Assembly: GCA_013152945.1 (NCBI GenBank)
Contig: JAADFL010000158.1
Span: forward strand, 399 to 64,398
Length of the DNA stretch: 64,000 nt
Direction of reading: 5' to 3'
From: Deltaproteobacteria bacterium
GTDB taxonomy: Bacteria > Myxococcota_A > JAADFL01
Below are positions 29,481 through 39,542 of the stretch, piece by piece (within the stretch, counting starts at the first letter, position 1; each line of letters begins with the position of its first letter). Made by a program: the position numbers and the translations under genes. Under the pieces are notes generated by a model. It worked only from the letters and a program-made list of their open reading frames with translations, made no database searches and was not told where the DNA came from.

Positions 29481-30535
29481 GTTCAAGGCTCCACGATTAT
29501 GACTATCACCTGCCGGAAAATTTGATCGCCGCCTATCCTCTCCAGCATCGCGATTCCTCGCGAGTCCTCTTGTTGGACAGGAAATCTGGTGAAATCAGGC
29601 ATAAACGGTTCAAGGAAATTCCCGACTTGGTCAGGCCCGGTGATGTGGTGGTAGTGAACAATGTACGGGTAATTCCCGCCAGGATAGAAGCCAGGAGGCC
29701 CGGAGGCGGCAAGGTTGAAATTCTGCTCGTAGAACGAAGGGAACAAGAAGGAGCCGTGGAGGAACGATGGACTTGCCTGATCAATCCTTCCAGGAGATTG
29801 CGCAGTGATCTGAAATTGACATTGCCAGGGGGATTCACGGCTACATACGCCGGGCCGGGAACAGAGAAAGGGACTCATGTTATCGATATTGCAGGCCCGG
29901 GCATTTTCATGGACATGTTAATGGAAAAGGGAAGGGTGCCTCTCCCGCCGTATATTATTAGAAGACGCGGATCAAAGGATGAGCCCTTGGATCGCGAGAG
30001 ATACCAGACAGTATATGCACGTACCGGTCTTGCGGTGGCGGCCCCTACGGCAGGGCTGCATTTCACCAGGAAAATCATGGCGAAGATCGAGGAAAAGGCA
30101 CTGATCAGGGAAATTACCCTGGATGTCGGTCCCGGTACATTCCTGCCGGTAAGAACCGAGGATATTCGACAGCATGACATGCATTCCGAAAGATACCATA
30201 TACCAAAGGATACGGCAGAAACGATCACAGAGGCCAAAAACACGGGGAAACGGGTGGTTGCCGTGGGAACCACCGTGGTCAGGACTTTGGAGTCGGCATG
30301 GAAAGCCGATAACTCCATCAGGGCCGGGGCGGATCAAACCAGGCTGTTTATCTATCCGGGATATGAATTCCATGTTGTTGATGCCTTGCTGACCAATTTT
30401 CATCTTCCGAAATCAACCTTATTGATGCTGGTCTCTGCATTTGCCGGCAGGGAGTCTATCCTTGAAGCATACAAACAAGCCATAAAGCAGGGATACAGGT
30501 TCTACAGCTATGGTGATGCCATGTTCATTGCATGA
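29477..30535 (+). CDS. queA: S-adenosylmethionine:tRNA ribosyltransferase-isomerase
   Basis: DYDYHLPENLIA, ERYQTVYA, AAPTAGLHF, AVGTTVVRTLE, TNFHLPKSTL, YRFYSYGDAM. Confidence 0.97.
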   Translation: MSSRLHDYDYHLPENLIAAYPLQHRDSSRVLLLDRKSGEIRHKRFKEIPDLVRPGDVVVVNNVRVIPARIEARRPGGGKVEILLVERREQEGAVEERWTCLINPSRRLRSDLKLTLPGGFTATYAGPGTEKGTHVIDIAGPGIFMDMLMEKGRVPLPPYIIRRRGSKDEPLDRERYQTVYARTGLAVAAPTAGLHFTRKIMAKIEEKALIREITLDVGPGTFLPVRTEDIRQHDMHSERYHIPKDTAETITEAKNTGKRVVAVGTTVVRTLESAWKADNSIRAGADQTRLFIYPGYEFHVVDALLTNFHLPKSTLLMLVSAFAGRESILEAYKQAIKQGYRFYSYGDAMFIA

Positions 30536-30653
30536 TGGAATCCGATTGGCTGGAGAAACGCCGGTGATAACAAATTGCGGATTGACTTGTGGTCCGGCCG
30601 GTGATACGCCGAATCAAAGAAAGAAAGCTTCGTAAAAAGTCGGAGCATGCACT

Positions 30654-32201
30654 ATGGATCGTACGATTCCGGTTCCTGACAAAAGCTTGGTGACAGCGCT
30701 CCGCCGGAGCCTCGGACAACATCAGGTATCCGTATCTGATACGGACATTACCGCCTATTCCAGGGATCTGTGGCCAAGGGGAATGATATGGGCCATGCAC
30801 GGCCGTCCTGCTGTTCACAAACCGGTTGTAGTCGTATGGCCCAAAGATTTGGAACAAGTCAGGGCCGTGATGAAGATTGCCTCCAGGCATTCCGTGCCTG
30901 TTATTCCGTACGGCGCCGGTTCGGGAGTGTGTGCCGGTACATTGGCGTTGGCACCCTCGATAATGATGGACTTGAAAAAACTCGACAAGGTGAGCTTGGA
31001 CAAGGATTCGTGGACCGTCCATGCAGGCGCTGGATGTATGGGCCAAGTATTGGAAGATTTTCTCAACCAGGCCGGATGTACTCTCGGCCATTTCCCATCT
31101 TCCATTTACTGTTCTTCTGTAGGCGGTTGGTTGGCGACCCGCTCGGCAGGCCAGATGTCGGGCAAGTACGGAAAGATAGAAGACATGGTCCTTGGTTTCG
31201 AGGCAGTAACATCCGATGGTGAAGTGATCGATATTCGTGACGAGCAGGAGGCCCCGGGCCTGGTTCAGCTTCTCATTGGAAATGAAGGAATCCTTTGTGC
31301 CTTTACAAAGGCCAGGCTTCGGGTCCATCCTTTGCCGGAGAGCAGAATATTCCAGGCCTTTGGCTTCGATGGAATCGAGGCGGGCTTGGAAGCGATAAGG
31401 CTCATATACCGGGCCGGATTAAGGCCCAGCGTCACAAGGCTGTACGATGAACTGGATTCGCTCGTGGCTCGCTCGTACGGCATTGGCAGGGGAAAGGAAT
31501 CGAGGTTCCGTGACGTGAAACTTCCCGGTGTTTTGGCCAGGGCGCTTCCCGACCTGTCCATGAAGGCGGTAAAAGCCGTGCTGGGAAGACCGGTTGTAAT
31601 AAACAAGGCGATAAGGCTTCTTCCTTCTGATTGCATGTTGATACTGGGAAGTGAAGGGGCAAAGGCATGCTCTGATGAAGAATCACGAAGCATGGCAAGT
31701 ATTTGCGAATCCCTTGGCGGAAGAAATTTAGGACCCGAACCGGGAGAACACTGGTTCAAGCATAGGTATTCGGTGTCTTACAAACAATCCAAGGTTTTCA
31801 GGTCAGGCGCATTTGTCGATACCATGGAGGTGGCCGCACCATGGAACAAAGTGGCTGATGTCTATCACGAGGTCAAGAAGGCGCTGGAACAATCCGCTTT
31901 CATAATGGCCCATTTTTCGCATGCATACATGGATGGCTGTTCCATCTACTTTACATTTTCTGCAGCGCCGTGGGGAGGGGCTACTCTCGAAGAAGTTTAC
32001 AAGCAAGCATGGCGGACGGCCCTTGATGCGGCCAGCAGGGCCGGTGCCACCATCAGCCATCATCACGGAATTGGTTACAGCAAATCAGCCTTTATGAAAG
32101 AAGAGGTTAAAGGCGGGCAGGTCCTGTTATCAGCCCTGAAAAGGGAATTGGATAAGAGAGGAATCATGAACCCAGGCAAGTTGGGAATGGATTTTGATTA
32201 A
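30654..32201 (+). CDS. FAD-binding oxidoreductase, alkyl-dihydroxyacetonephosphate synthase-like (VAO/PCMH family)
   Basis: PYGAGSGVC, GHFPSSIYCSSVGGWLATRSAGQMSGKYGKIEDMV, AHFSHAYMDGCSIYFTF, ISHHHGIG, MNPGKL. Confidence 0.82.
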   Translation: MDRTIPVPDKSLVTALRRSLGQHQVSVSDTDITAYSRDLWPRGMIWAMHGRPAVHKPVVVVWPKDLEQVRAVMKIASRHSVPVIPYGAGSGVCAGTLALAPSIMMDLKKLDKVSLDKDSWTVHAGAGCMGQVLEDFLNQAGCTLGHFPSSIYCSSVGGWLATRSAGQMSGKYGKIEDMVLGFEAVTSDGEVIDIRDEQEAPGLVQLLIGNEGILCAFTKARLRVHPLPESRIFQAFGFDGIEAGLEAIRLIYRAGLRPSVTRLYDELDSLVARSYGIGRGKESRFRDVKLPGVLARALPDLSMKAVKAVLGRPVVINKAIRLLPSDCMLILGSEGAKACSDEESRSMASICESLGGRNLGPEPGEHWFKHRYSVSYKQSKVFRSGAFVDTMEVAAPWNKVADVYHEVKKALEQSAFIMAHFSHAYMDGCSIYFTFSAAPWGGATLEEVYKQAWRTALDAASRAGATISHHHGIGYSKSAFMKEEVKGGQVLLSALKRELDKRGIMNPGKLGMDFD

Positions 32202-33162
32202 GACCGGTACAAGACACGGGCTTTTAGACAAGGATATAGGCGCCCTGGAAGCGCTCCTCGGTCCTGAAAATGTGGAGGCCGGCACAAAAGGAAACTGCGT
32301 TTGGGTCAGGCCCGGTTCATCCGCAGAGGTGTCTGCCTTATTCAGGTTTTCCGCAACATACAGGTTGCCGATTAATGTGAAGGCCGGGAAGGGGAAAAAG
32401 CCCGTCGCTTCGAGTGCCCTGGTCTTGAGTCTCGAACGCTTCGACAAGGTGAAACGTGTGGAGCCCAGGTCCATGCTCATGGAAGCCGGTGCCGGAGTAA
32501 CCGGAAGTACCATTGAAGATGAAGCTGCATCGTTCGGTTTGGTGCCGATTCAACGACTGGCGCCTGTTGATTCGATAGGTGCCTTTCTCTCGAGGACACC
32601 CGTAATTCCCTCGGCATACAGAGGAGGAGAATCGGAATTCTGTTGCGCCTTGAATGCCGTGTTGGCCGACGGCAGGGAGGTGAGGACACGTATTACTCCC
32701 AGGTCTGCAACCGGTCCGGATATTAAACATCTCCTGCTCGGGACAAGGGGAATGATTGGAGTAATCCTGCATGCAGTCATAAGGTTGGAACCGGTCGGTC
32801 TTGGCAGGGCCGACCTTTTGTGGAGTTTCGAAGATAAGGAGTCCGCGCTCGGAACAGCCGCCAAGTTGCAGGGCGACGGCATCCTGTGGCCCGGCGCATA
32901 TAGACTTACCCAGGAATCGAAGGAAACCGTTCTTGCCATCAGGCTGAAGGGTGACAAGGCCGTGGTATCGGTCATTGCATCAAGGATTGCCGAAACCGCC
33001 CGTGCAAACAAGGGCAAGGAAGTAAGGCCCGGCAAGGAGAAGACTCTTGAAAGGTATTTTGATGCCCCCCGTTTAAAGTATGAGGGATTTTTTGCCTTGG
33101 CCAGGAGGATAAAGAGGCAACTGGATCCTTCGAACCTGCTGAATGCCGGGGAATCATCTTGA
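32194..33162 (+). CDS. FAD-binding oxidoreductase subunit (GlcE-like, shortened)
   Basis: VRPGSSAEV, PRSATGPDIKHLLLGTRGMIGVI, IKRQLDPSNLLNAG; no HHG motif. Confidence 0.78.
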   Translation: MIKTGTRHGLLDKDIGALEALLGPENVEAGTKGNCVWVRPGSSAEVSALFRFSATYRLPINVKAGKGKKPVASSALVLSLERFDKVKRVEPRSMLMEAGAGVTGSTIEDEAASFGLVPIQRLAPVDSIGAFLSRTPVIPSAYRGGESEFCCALNAVLADGREVRTRITPRSATGPDIKHLLLGTRGMIGVILHAVIRLEPVGLGRADLLWSFEDKESALGTAAKLQGDGILWPGAYRLTQESKETVLAIRLKGDKAVVSVIASRIAETARANKGKEVRPGKEKTLERYFDAPRLKYEGFFALARRIKRQLDPSNLLNAGESS

Positions 33163-34307
33163 AAAGTAAGAAAGATATTATTCCCGGCCCGGATGGATTG
33201 AGGACATATCTCGACCAGATCGAAACATGTGCCTATTGCCCGAAGTTGTGCAGGTTTTCTTGCCCGGTGGCTGAAGCGGACAAACGTGAGACAACGACGC
33301 CATGGGGAAGGCAGTCCATGTTGCACCAGGTCTTGCTGGGCGGAATCAAGCTGGATAGCGAGCTGGCCGGGCTGTCGTACATGTGCCTGTCTTGTGAAAG
33401 GTGTGCAGAATTTTGCGAACACGGCGATGTCCTGGTGCCGCAGGTTATGAGGGTTGCCAGAGAGGTGTTTAGAAAACAAGGGTTTGAACCCGAACCTGTC
33501 ATGGAATTGCGTTACACGTTCAAGAAATACGGCAATCCAAAGGGAAAGAATCTTTCTGCAAGGGTGAGGAGCCTCGTTCCGGATCGATTTTTGGCGGAAG
33601 GCGCAAAGGCAGGGCTTTTTCTTGGCTGTGAAGTGCTGACCGGCGCATCAGACATGATTGGGCCTGCATTGGAGTTGCTGGATGCAGCTTTGATAGACTA
33701 CGTGGCAGTGCATGAAGGCAATGAGCAGTGTTGCGGTCTTCCCTTGTATGAGGCCGGTGATAAAGATGCGTTTTATGAACACGCCGAAAGGGTCTTGTAT
33801 GAACTTGCAGGCTATCGAATGGTCGTGAGCCTTTGCCCTGCGTGTACATATACATTAAAGGTGCTTTATCCGGAGCAAGGGCTTGATCACAAAATAGAAG
33901 TTTTGCATATCACGGAATTGCTGGCCAGGCATGGCTCCAACCTGAAAATCTCGGCTGAAGCCGGGAAGGCCGTGTATTTCGATCCTTGTTACCTTGGGCG
34001 TTACCTCGGCGTGTACGACCAGCCGCGCGCATTGGCGGCCAAGGCCCTGGGCGGGGAACCCATGGAGTTGTTCAGGAACAAGAGAGAGGCTTACTGTTGC
34101 GGTGGAGGTTCGCTTTTGAACCTTGTGTCACCCGGGACCGCATCCGCTGCATCTGCAGAAGTACATCGTCAGGCGGACCTGGTGGAGGCCGACAAGCTGG
34201 TAACCGCGTGCCCCAGGTGCAGGTCTATGCTGAAAAAGGAGTCAAAGGGAATCGAAGTCGAGGACGTGGTAGAATTGCTTGCTTCGAGGCTCACATCGGA
34301 TCCGTAG
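33159..34307 (+). CDS. (Fe-S)-binding CCG-domain protein (GlcF/HdrD family)
   Basis: CAYCPKLCRFSCP, CLSCERCAEFC, two CCG motifs (QCCG, YCCGGG), DPCYLGR, TACPRC. Confidence 0.9.
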   Translation: MKSKKDIIPGPDGLRTYLDQIETCAYCPKLCRFSCPVAEADKRETTTPWGRQSMLHQVLLGGIKLDSELAGLSYMCLSCERCAEFCEHGDVLVPQVMRVAREVFRKQGFEPEPVMELRYTFKKYGNPKGKNLSARVRSLVPDRFLAEGAKAGLFLGCEVLTGASDMIGPALELLDAALIDYVAVHEGNEQCCGLPLYEAGDKDAFYEHAERVLYELAGYRMVVSLCPACTYTLKVLYPEQGLDHKIEVLHITELLARHGSNLKISAEAGKAVYFDPCYLGRYLGVYDQPRALAAKALGGEPMELFRNKREAYCCGGGSLLNLVSPGTASAASAEVHRQADLVEADKLVTACPRCRSMLKKESKGIEVEDVVELLASRLTSDP

Positions 34308-34379
34308 TCCATGCCCCGGCTCTTGCAAAGCCGTCAATCCCCGCAGCACGCCTCATTATCACTGGAACAATGATTCATA

Positions 34380-36554
34380 TTGAATTACAACATATTCAAC
34401 AGGACACGGAGGCTTGGGAAAATCTTGCACCGCGAGTATTCTAACGGACAATTGCGGAACCCGGGTTCAATCCTTGCCTCGTTGTTGTTTCTAATGCTCG
34501 CGGATGTCGTAGTGACATCTGAATGCCCGTTGATTGAATTTTCCTTCAACTATGGATTTCACTTGCATTCCAACCCAAGATCCCTGCTGTTGTTTATTCA
34601 GCATCCTTCGGTATCGGCCCTGGAATTCGGACTTTTCCTGCTTGCAGGCCTGCTCTGGATTACGTGGGCGGCTTTCGTATCATGGATGTCAAGACATCTA
34701 AAATTAATCAAGGGGCATCCTGTCTTGTTCAATATGCTCCAATTATTCATACCAATCGCGACAATCCTCGGTTTTTTCTTTAGGCAGGACGGTTACACTA
34801 CAAACTATTGGCCTGCCTGGTCCTTGTTGTTCGGCCTGGCCCTGTCGGTTTTCTCAATCATCCTTTCTACTGTTGGAAACAGGATTCCGTCCGGCGGCGC
34901 AAATACCATCCAGGCTTTCATGTTGCTCCTGCTGTCATTGATTGTCCTTTGGCCTGTTGCAGGATTCAGGGCCGGCCAGTACGTGGCGCCCAGGGCTCTT
35001 GCATGTGTCTTAGCCCTGGTCCTGGCATATTCGGGAATAGATTCACTGGTCGCAGGCATTCGACCGCATTTCATTGAAATTCAACCCGGATTTCTGCTCA
35101 AGGTGATAACACCGTGCTTGCTGATTCTGATCGCTATCGGCCTGGGCCCCTTGAAAGATCCGGGAGCAAGGGCATCAATCCTTACCCGTACCATGGTGGG
35201 TCAACGACTTGCCGATCTCTTTGCCTTTGTTGCTGGCTGCCGCCAGGAACGACTCGAGGACGATACCTGCCACTGGCTAGGAAAGAGCGGGATAAAGGGC
35301 GGGATAAAGGGCGGGATAAAGGGCGGGATAAAGAGCGGGATAAAGAGCGGGATAAAAAAAAATAAAAAAGGGATGCTGGACAACGGGCCCGGGAACATGG
35401 GATCAGGCAATTACGAGCAGCAGGAAGAAATCGCAGGGATCCTGCTCGTCAGCATCGATGCATTGAGACATGATAGGATGTCAGGCGGAACAGCCACGGC
35501 AAGGTACCTGAAAAGCTTGGCGGAACGTTGCATAAATTTTACCAGGACTTACGCATATTTTCCCAATACCATTGGATCTTTAATGTCTCTTACCAGGATG
35601 AAGCCGCTTGTAGATTACACGAAGATCGAGGATTTTGGGGAAAGGGGCGGGGGAAAAAACGCCAGTATCTTTGAACTGCTGGACAAGGAAGGCTTCGTAA
35701 CTGCCGGTGCTTTTCCAATGAAGTACTTTACTCCAGACTCTCCTGTCCTGAAGGGCATGGAGGAATTGCAATTGGCACCGGGATTCGACATCAGGCCGGG
35801 AGAATCATCCCATGCACCGTGGCAGGTCAAAAAAGCCTTGTCCGACATCCGCAATATTGCTGAATCCGGGAATAAGTTCCTGTATTGGGTCCATTTGTAC
35901 GAGCCTCACTATGGATACGTTGTCCACCATGATTTTTCCTATGGTAACCGTTTGGCACAGAGGTACGATTCAGAGGTTGCATATTCGGATTCGAATCTGA
36001 AGAATCTCATTAAGGGTATCGAAGATTTGCACCTGGTAAAAAGGACCGTGATCGCGGTTTTCGCAGACCACGGAGAGGAACTCTTCGACCATGGAGGACA
36101 GTTTCACGGCAAGAGTCTGTACGAGGAAGAAATTCGTGTACCCATGGTCATGTGCCTTCCCGGTCTCGGCCACAAAAGCATCGAGACTCCTGTATCATTG
36201 TTGTCTCTGTTTCCCACAATTCTAGACTTTATGGGCATTGGTATTCATCGCGATGTGGATATCATTGCGGGATCCTTGCTTCCACTCGTTCTGGATATAT
36301 CTTCTCCGGGTTTGAAAAGGCCGGCCTGCATTGTGTCCTATTGCTACAACGCGCCTGTACTGAACGCAGGCGGCGCGTCTTTCGCTGCTGTACGCGACCG
36401 GTACAAGCTGGTCGTTCATCACAGGTTTGCAGGCAGGGAACTGTACGACCTTCAGGAAGATCCGAAAGAAAGGGAAAATCTCGCAGGACGTGGCCTTGAT
36501 GTGGAAAACAAATTGTTCGGCTGCCTCATGGATTTTCTCGGGAGGCAGCAATAA
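34380..36554 (+). CDS. Membrane-anchored sulfatase-like hydrolase/transferase (alkaline phosphatase superfamily)
   Basis: Multi-TM N-terminus; ILLVSIDALRHD, WVHLYEPH, FADHGEE, HGKSLYEEEIRVP, ELYDLQEDPKERENL; start uncertain. Confidence 0.85.
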   Translation: MNYNIFNRTRRLGKILHREYSNGQLRNPGSILASLLFLMLADVVVTSECPLIEFSFNYGFHLHSNPRSLLLFIQHPSVSALEFGLFLLAGLLWITWAAFVSWMSRHLKLIKGHPVLFNMLQLFIPIATILGFFFRQDGYTTNYWPAWSLLFGLALSVFSIILSTVGNRIPSGGANTIQAFMLLLLSLIVLWPVAGFRAGQYVAPRALACVLALVLAYSGIDSLVAGIRPHFIEIQPGFLLKVITPCLLILIAIGLGPLKDPGARASILTRTMVGQRLADLFAFVAGCRQERLEDDTCHWLGKSGIKGGIKGGIKGGIKSGIKSGIKKNKKGMLDNGPGNMGSGNYEQQEEIAGILLVSIDALRHDRMSGGTATARYLKSLAERCINFTRTYAYFPNTIGSLMSLTRMKPLVDYTKIEDFGERGGGKNASIFELLDKEGFVTAGAFPMKYFTPDSPVLKGMEELQLAPGFDIRPGESSHAPWQVKKALSDIRNIAESGNKFLYWVHLYEPHYGYVVHHDFSYGNRLAQRYDSEVAYSDSNLKNLIKGIEDLHLVKRTVIAVFADHGEELFDHGGQFHGKSLYEEEIRVPMVMCLPGLGHKSIETPVSLLSLFPTILDFMGIGIHRDVDIIAGSLLPLVLDISSPGLKRPACIVSYCYNAPVLNAGGASFAAVRDRYKLVVHHRFAGRELYDLQEDPKERENLAGRGLDVENKLFGCLMDFLGRQQ
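35286..35357 (+). repeat. 12-bp in-frame tandem repeat x6 (RGCGGGATAAAR)
   Basis: Encodes SGIK-GGIK-GGIK-GGIK-SGIK-SGIK between the TM and catalytic domains. Confidence 0.95.
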
Positions 36555-36787
36555 AAGGCGGGACCAGGCTTGGTTAAACACGATTTTCGGCTCACTTCCA
36601 TGACACAAGCCTGTTATCGGTTATACTGCCGAATTCCCCCTTGTCGAAAGGTGTTTGTGTGCTTAATTTATTTATTGAAAAGATCAGCCGGCCGAAAATC
36701 AGCGACCCGGAGCAGTGCATCCGGTTCTGATGAACGGTCAAATCGCTTCATTGGTCTGGTGATGACGGAACAAGGGAGGAAACATAA

Positions 36788-39481
36788 ATGGTTAACTTCG
36801 ATAAATTGACGATAAAGGCAAGAGAGGCCCTGGCGACCGCACAGGATTTGGCACGTGCCAGGGGACATCAGGCACTCGAGCCCGAGCACCTTCTTCTGGC
36901 GCTTATTGGTCAGCCTGATGGAGTCGTGCCCGGTCTTCTCGGCAAACTTGGATCCGACGCCGGGAACATCAGGTCCGACCTGGAATCGTACCTCGACAGG
37001 CAGCCCAAGGTTAGCGGCGGAGAACTCTATCTGGACAACCGTACCAGATCGGCAATCGAAAAGGCTCAAAAAGAGGCCGACCGAATGAAGGACGAGTACG
37101 TCTCCACCGAGCACCTGTTCCTGGGGGTGTTCGAGTCAGGGGGCGCGGCAGGTACGGCCCTGAAGAACGCAGGAGTAACAAAAGACAGGCTGTTTGCTGT
37201 TTTAAAAGACGTGAGGGGAGGCACCCGGATAACCGACGAAAACCCGGAAGGAAAGTACGAGGCATTGAAAAAATACGGGCGTGACCTTACCGAAGAGGCA
37301 AGAAAGGGAAAACTCGATCCTGTGATAGGCAGGGATGAAGAGCAGAGGAGGGTTATGCAGGTCCTGTCCAGGAGGACCAAGAATAACCCTGTATTGATAG
37401 GCGATCCCGGGGTGGGCAAAACAGCCGTGGTCGAGGGCCTGGCCGGAAGAATAGTCGATGGTGACGTGCCCGAACCTCTGAAAGACAAGAAACTCATTGC
37501 ACTGGATCTCGGTGCATTGATAGCAGGCGCAAAGTACAGGGGAGAATTCGAAGACAGGCTCAAGGCTGTTCTCAAGGAAATCCGGGCTGCAGAGGGTAAT
37601 ATCATACTGTTCATCGACGAGATGCACACCCTGGTCGGCGCAGGCAGTGCAGAAGGCGCTATTGATGCAGCCAACCTGCTGAAACCCATGCTCGCAAGGG
37701 GAGAGCTTCACTGCATCGGCGCCACTACGCTCGACGAGTACAGGAAGTACGTTGAAAAGGACGCGGCACTGGAGCGCAGATTTCAGCCGGTCCCCATAGG
37801 CGAGCCCACAGTGGAAGACACCATATCCATCCTACGGGGCCTAAAGGAGCGGTACGAAGTCCACCACGGCGTGAGAATACGCGACGAAGCCCTGGTTTCG
37901 GCTGCAACCTTGTCGAATAGGTACATCACGGACAGGTTCCTGCCGGACAAGGCTATCGACCTTGTCGACGAGGCAGCGAGCAGGCTTAGGATGCAGATAG
38001 ACTCGATGCCGGTCGAGATAGACGAGCTTATTAGGAAGAAGACTCAGCTCGAGATGGAGAAAACCGCGCTCAAGAAAGAGCGGGGAAAGAAATCAAAGGA
38101 CAGGCTCGCCAAGCTGGAAAAGGAAATAGCCGACCTGACAGAGAAGATGGACGGTCTGACAGCTTTGTGGCAGAAGGAAAAAGAACTTATTGGTTCCGTA
38201 AGGGACATCAAGGCTCAAATCGAAGCGGCCAGATCGGAACAGGAAAGGGCATTGAGGCAAGGCGACTATGACAAGGCCTCGGAACTCAAGTTCGGAACCA
38301 TAGTCAGGCTGGAGCAGGAACTCAAGGATAACAGAAGCAAGCTCGAATCGCTCCAGTCGGAAAACAGGATGCTCAAGGAAGAAGTCGAGGCTGAAGATAT
38401 AGCCGAAGTGGTTGCCAAGTGGACCAACATCCCTGTGTCCAAACTGCTGGAAGGCGAAGTGGAAAAGCTCCTGAACATGGAGGAACAGCTCCAAAAAAGG
38501 GTTATCGGCCAGGATGAGGCGTTGAAGGTGGTTGCTTCCACGGTCCGCAGGGCCAGGGCCGGAATCCAGGATCCAAACCGGCCCCTTGGCAGCTTCATCT
38601 TTCTCGGTCCCACAGGGGTGGGAAAGACCGAGACCGCCCGTGCGTTGGCGGATTTCCTGTTCGATGACGAGCGGGCCATGATTAGGCTGGACATGAGTGA
38701 ATTCATGGAAAAGCATGCAACGGCCAGGCTCATCGGTGCGCCGCCGGGTTATGTCGGTTACGAGGAAGGCGGGTACCTTACTGAAGCAGTGCGCCGAAAA
38801 CCTTACTCTGTTGTACTGCTGGACGAAATAGAAAAGGCTCATCCGGATGTGTTCAACGTGCTTCTGCAGATACTCGATGACGGCAGGCTTACAGACGGCA
38901 AAGGAAGGACGGTGGATTTCAGGAACACCATTGTGATCATGACCAGCAACCTGGCAGGCCGTGAAATATACGATGCGGCCAGGCTTGGAAACAACCAGGC
39001 CGACATCAAGGAACAGGCGGTCGAGGCGTTGAAGGCGCATTTCAGGCCGGAGTTCCTGAATAGGGTTGATGATGTAATATTGTACAGGCCGCTCAAAAAG
39101 CAGGATCTCGTGAGAATTGTAGACCTGCAAATGGAGCAACTAAGACACAGGTTGGAGGAACGGAGAATCAGAATCGAGCTTACTGAAAAGGCAAAGGAAT
39201 TTATTTCTGATGCAGGTTGGGATCCGGCATTCGGCGCAAGGCCCTTGAGGCGGGCCATCGAAAGGTTGGTCCAGGATCCCCTGGCGGTGAAATTACTGAA
39301 AGGCGACATACAGGAAGGCTCCCACGTAAGAGTAGACCGTTCAGGAGACAATCTCGTGTTCGAGATCGAGGCCCAGGACCTTGATGAATCAAGTAACGGC
39401 GATAATCATGATGATCGTGACATGGATGAAACTTCGGCAGAAGAAGAGGAAGAGGTTGTACAAGGCGAAATCGTGGAGTGA
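36788..39481 (+). CDS. clpB: ATP-dependent chaperone ClpB
   Basis: Clp N domain, two AAA+ modules ([16 protein letters not shown]), coiled-coil M domain, [13 protein letters not shown]. Confidence 0.97.
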   Translation: MVNFDKLTIKAREALATAQDLARARGHQALEPEHLLLALIGQPDGVVPGLLGKLGSDAGNIRSDLESYLDRQPKVSGGELYLDNRTRSAIEKAQKEADRMKDEYVSTEHLFLGVFESGGAAGTALKNAGVTKDRLFAVLKDVRGGTRITDENPEGKYEALKKYGRDLTEEARKGKLDPVIGRDEEQRRVMQVLSRRTKNNPVLIGDPGVGKTAVVEGLAGRIVDGDVPEPLKDKKLIALDLGALIAGAKYRGEFEDRLKAVLKEIRAAEGNIILFIDEMHTLVGAGSAEGAIDAANLLKPMLARGELHCIGATTLDEYRKYVEKDAALERRFQPVPIGEPTVEDTISILRGLKERYEVHHGVRIRDEALVSAATLSNRYITDRFLPDKAIDLVDEAASRLRMQIDSMPVEIDELIRKKTQLEMEKTALKKERGKKSKDRLAKLEKEIADLTEKMDGLTALWQKEKELIGSVRDIKAQIEAARSEQERALRQGDYDKASELKFGTIVRLEQELKDNRSKLESLQSENRMLKEEVEAEDIAEVVAKWTNIPVSKLLEGEVEKLLNMEEQLQKRVIGQDEALKVVASTVRRARAGIQDPNRPLGSFIFLGPTGVGKTETARALADFLFDDERAMIRLDMSEFMEKHATARLIGAPPGYVGYEEGGYLTEAVRRKPYSVVLLDEIEKAHPDVFNVLLQILDDGRLTDGKGRTVDFRNTIVIMTSNLAGREIYDAARLGNNQADIKEQAVEALKAHFRPEFLNRVDDVILYRPLKKQDLVRIVDLQMEQLRHRLEERRIRIELTEKAKEFISDAGWDPAFGARPLRRAIERLVQDPLAVKLLKGDIQEGSHVRVDRSGDNLVFEIEAQDLDESSNGDNHDDRDMDETSAEEEEEVVQGEIVE

Positions 39482-39542
39482 TGCGCGCACATGAACATGC
39501 CTTATTCGCGCTGAATGCTAAAAAGTACTATTGGCGGCGGCT

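Noticed and set aside
35286-35357. Short direct repeats as a possible CRISPR array
   Set aside because: Units are contiguous 12-mers with no spacers, in frame inside a CDS, and there are no cas genes
36600-36787. Heat-shock operator (CIRCE) or RNA thermometer upstream of clpB
   Set aside because: No TTAGCACTC-N9-GAGTGCTAA; leader hairpins (36698-36731) do not cover the GGAGG RBS
38093-39139. 348-aa antisense ORF
   Set aside because: Lies wholly opposite clpB; a typical shadow ORF with no recognisable motif
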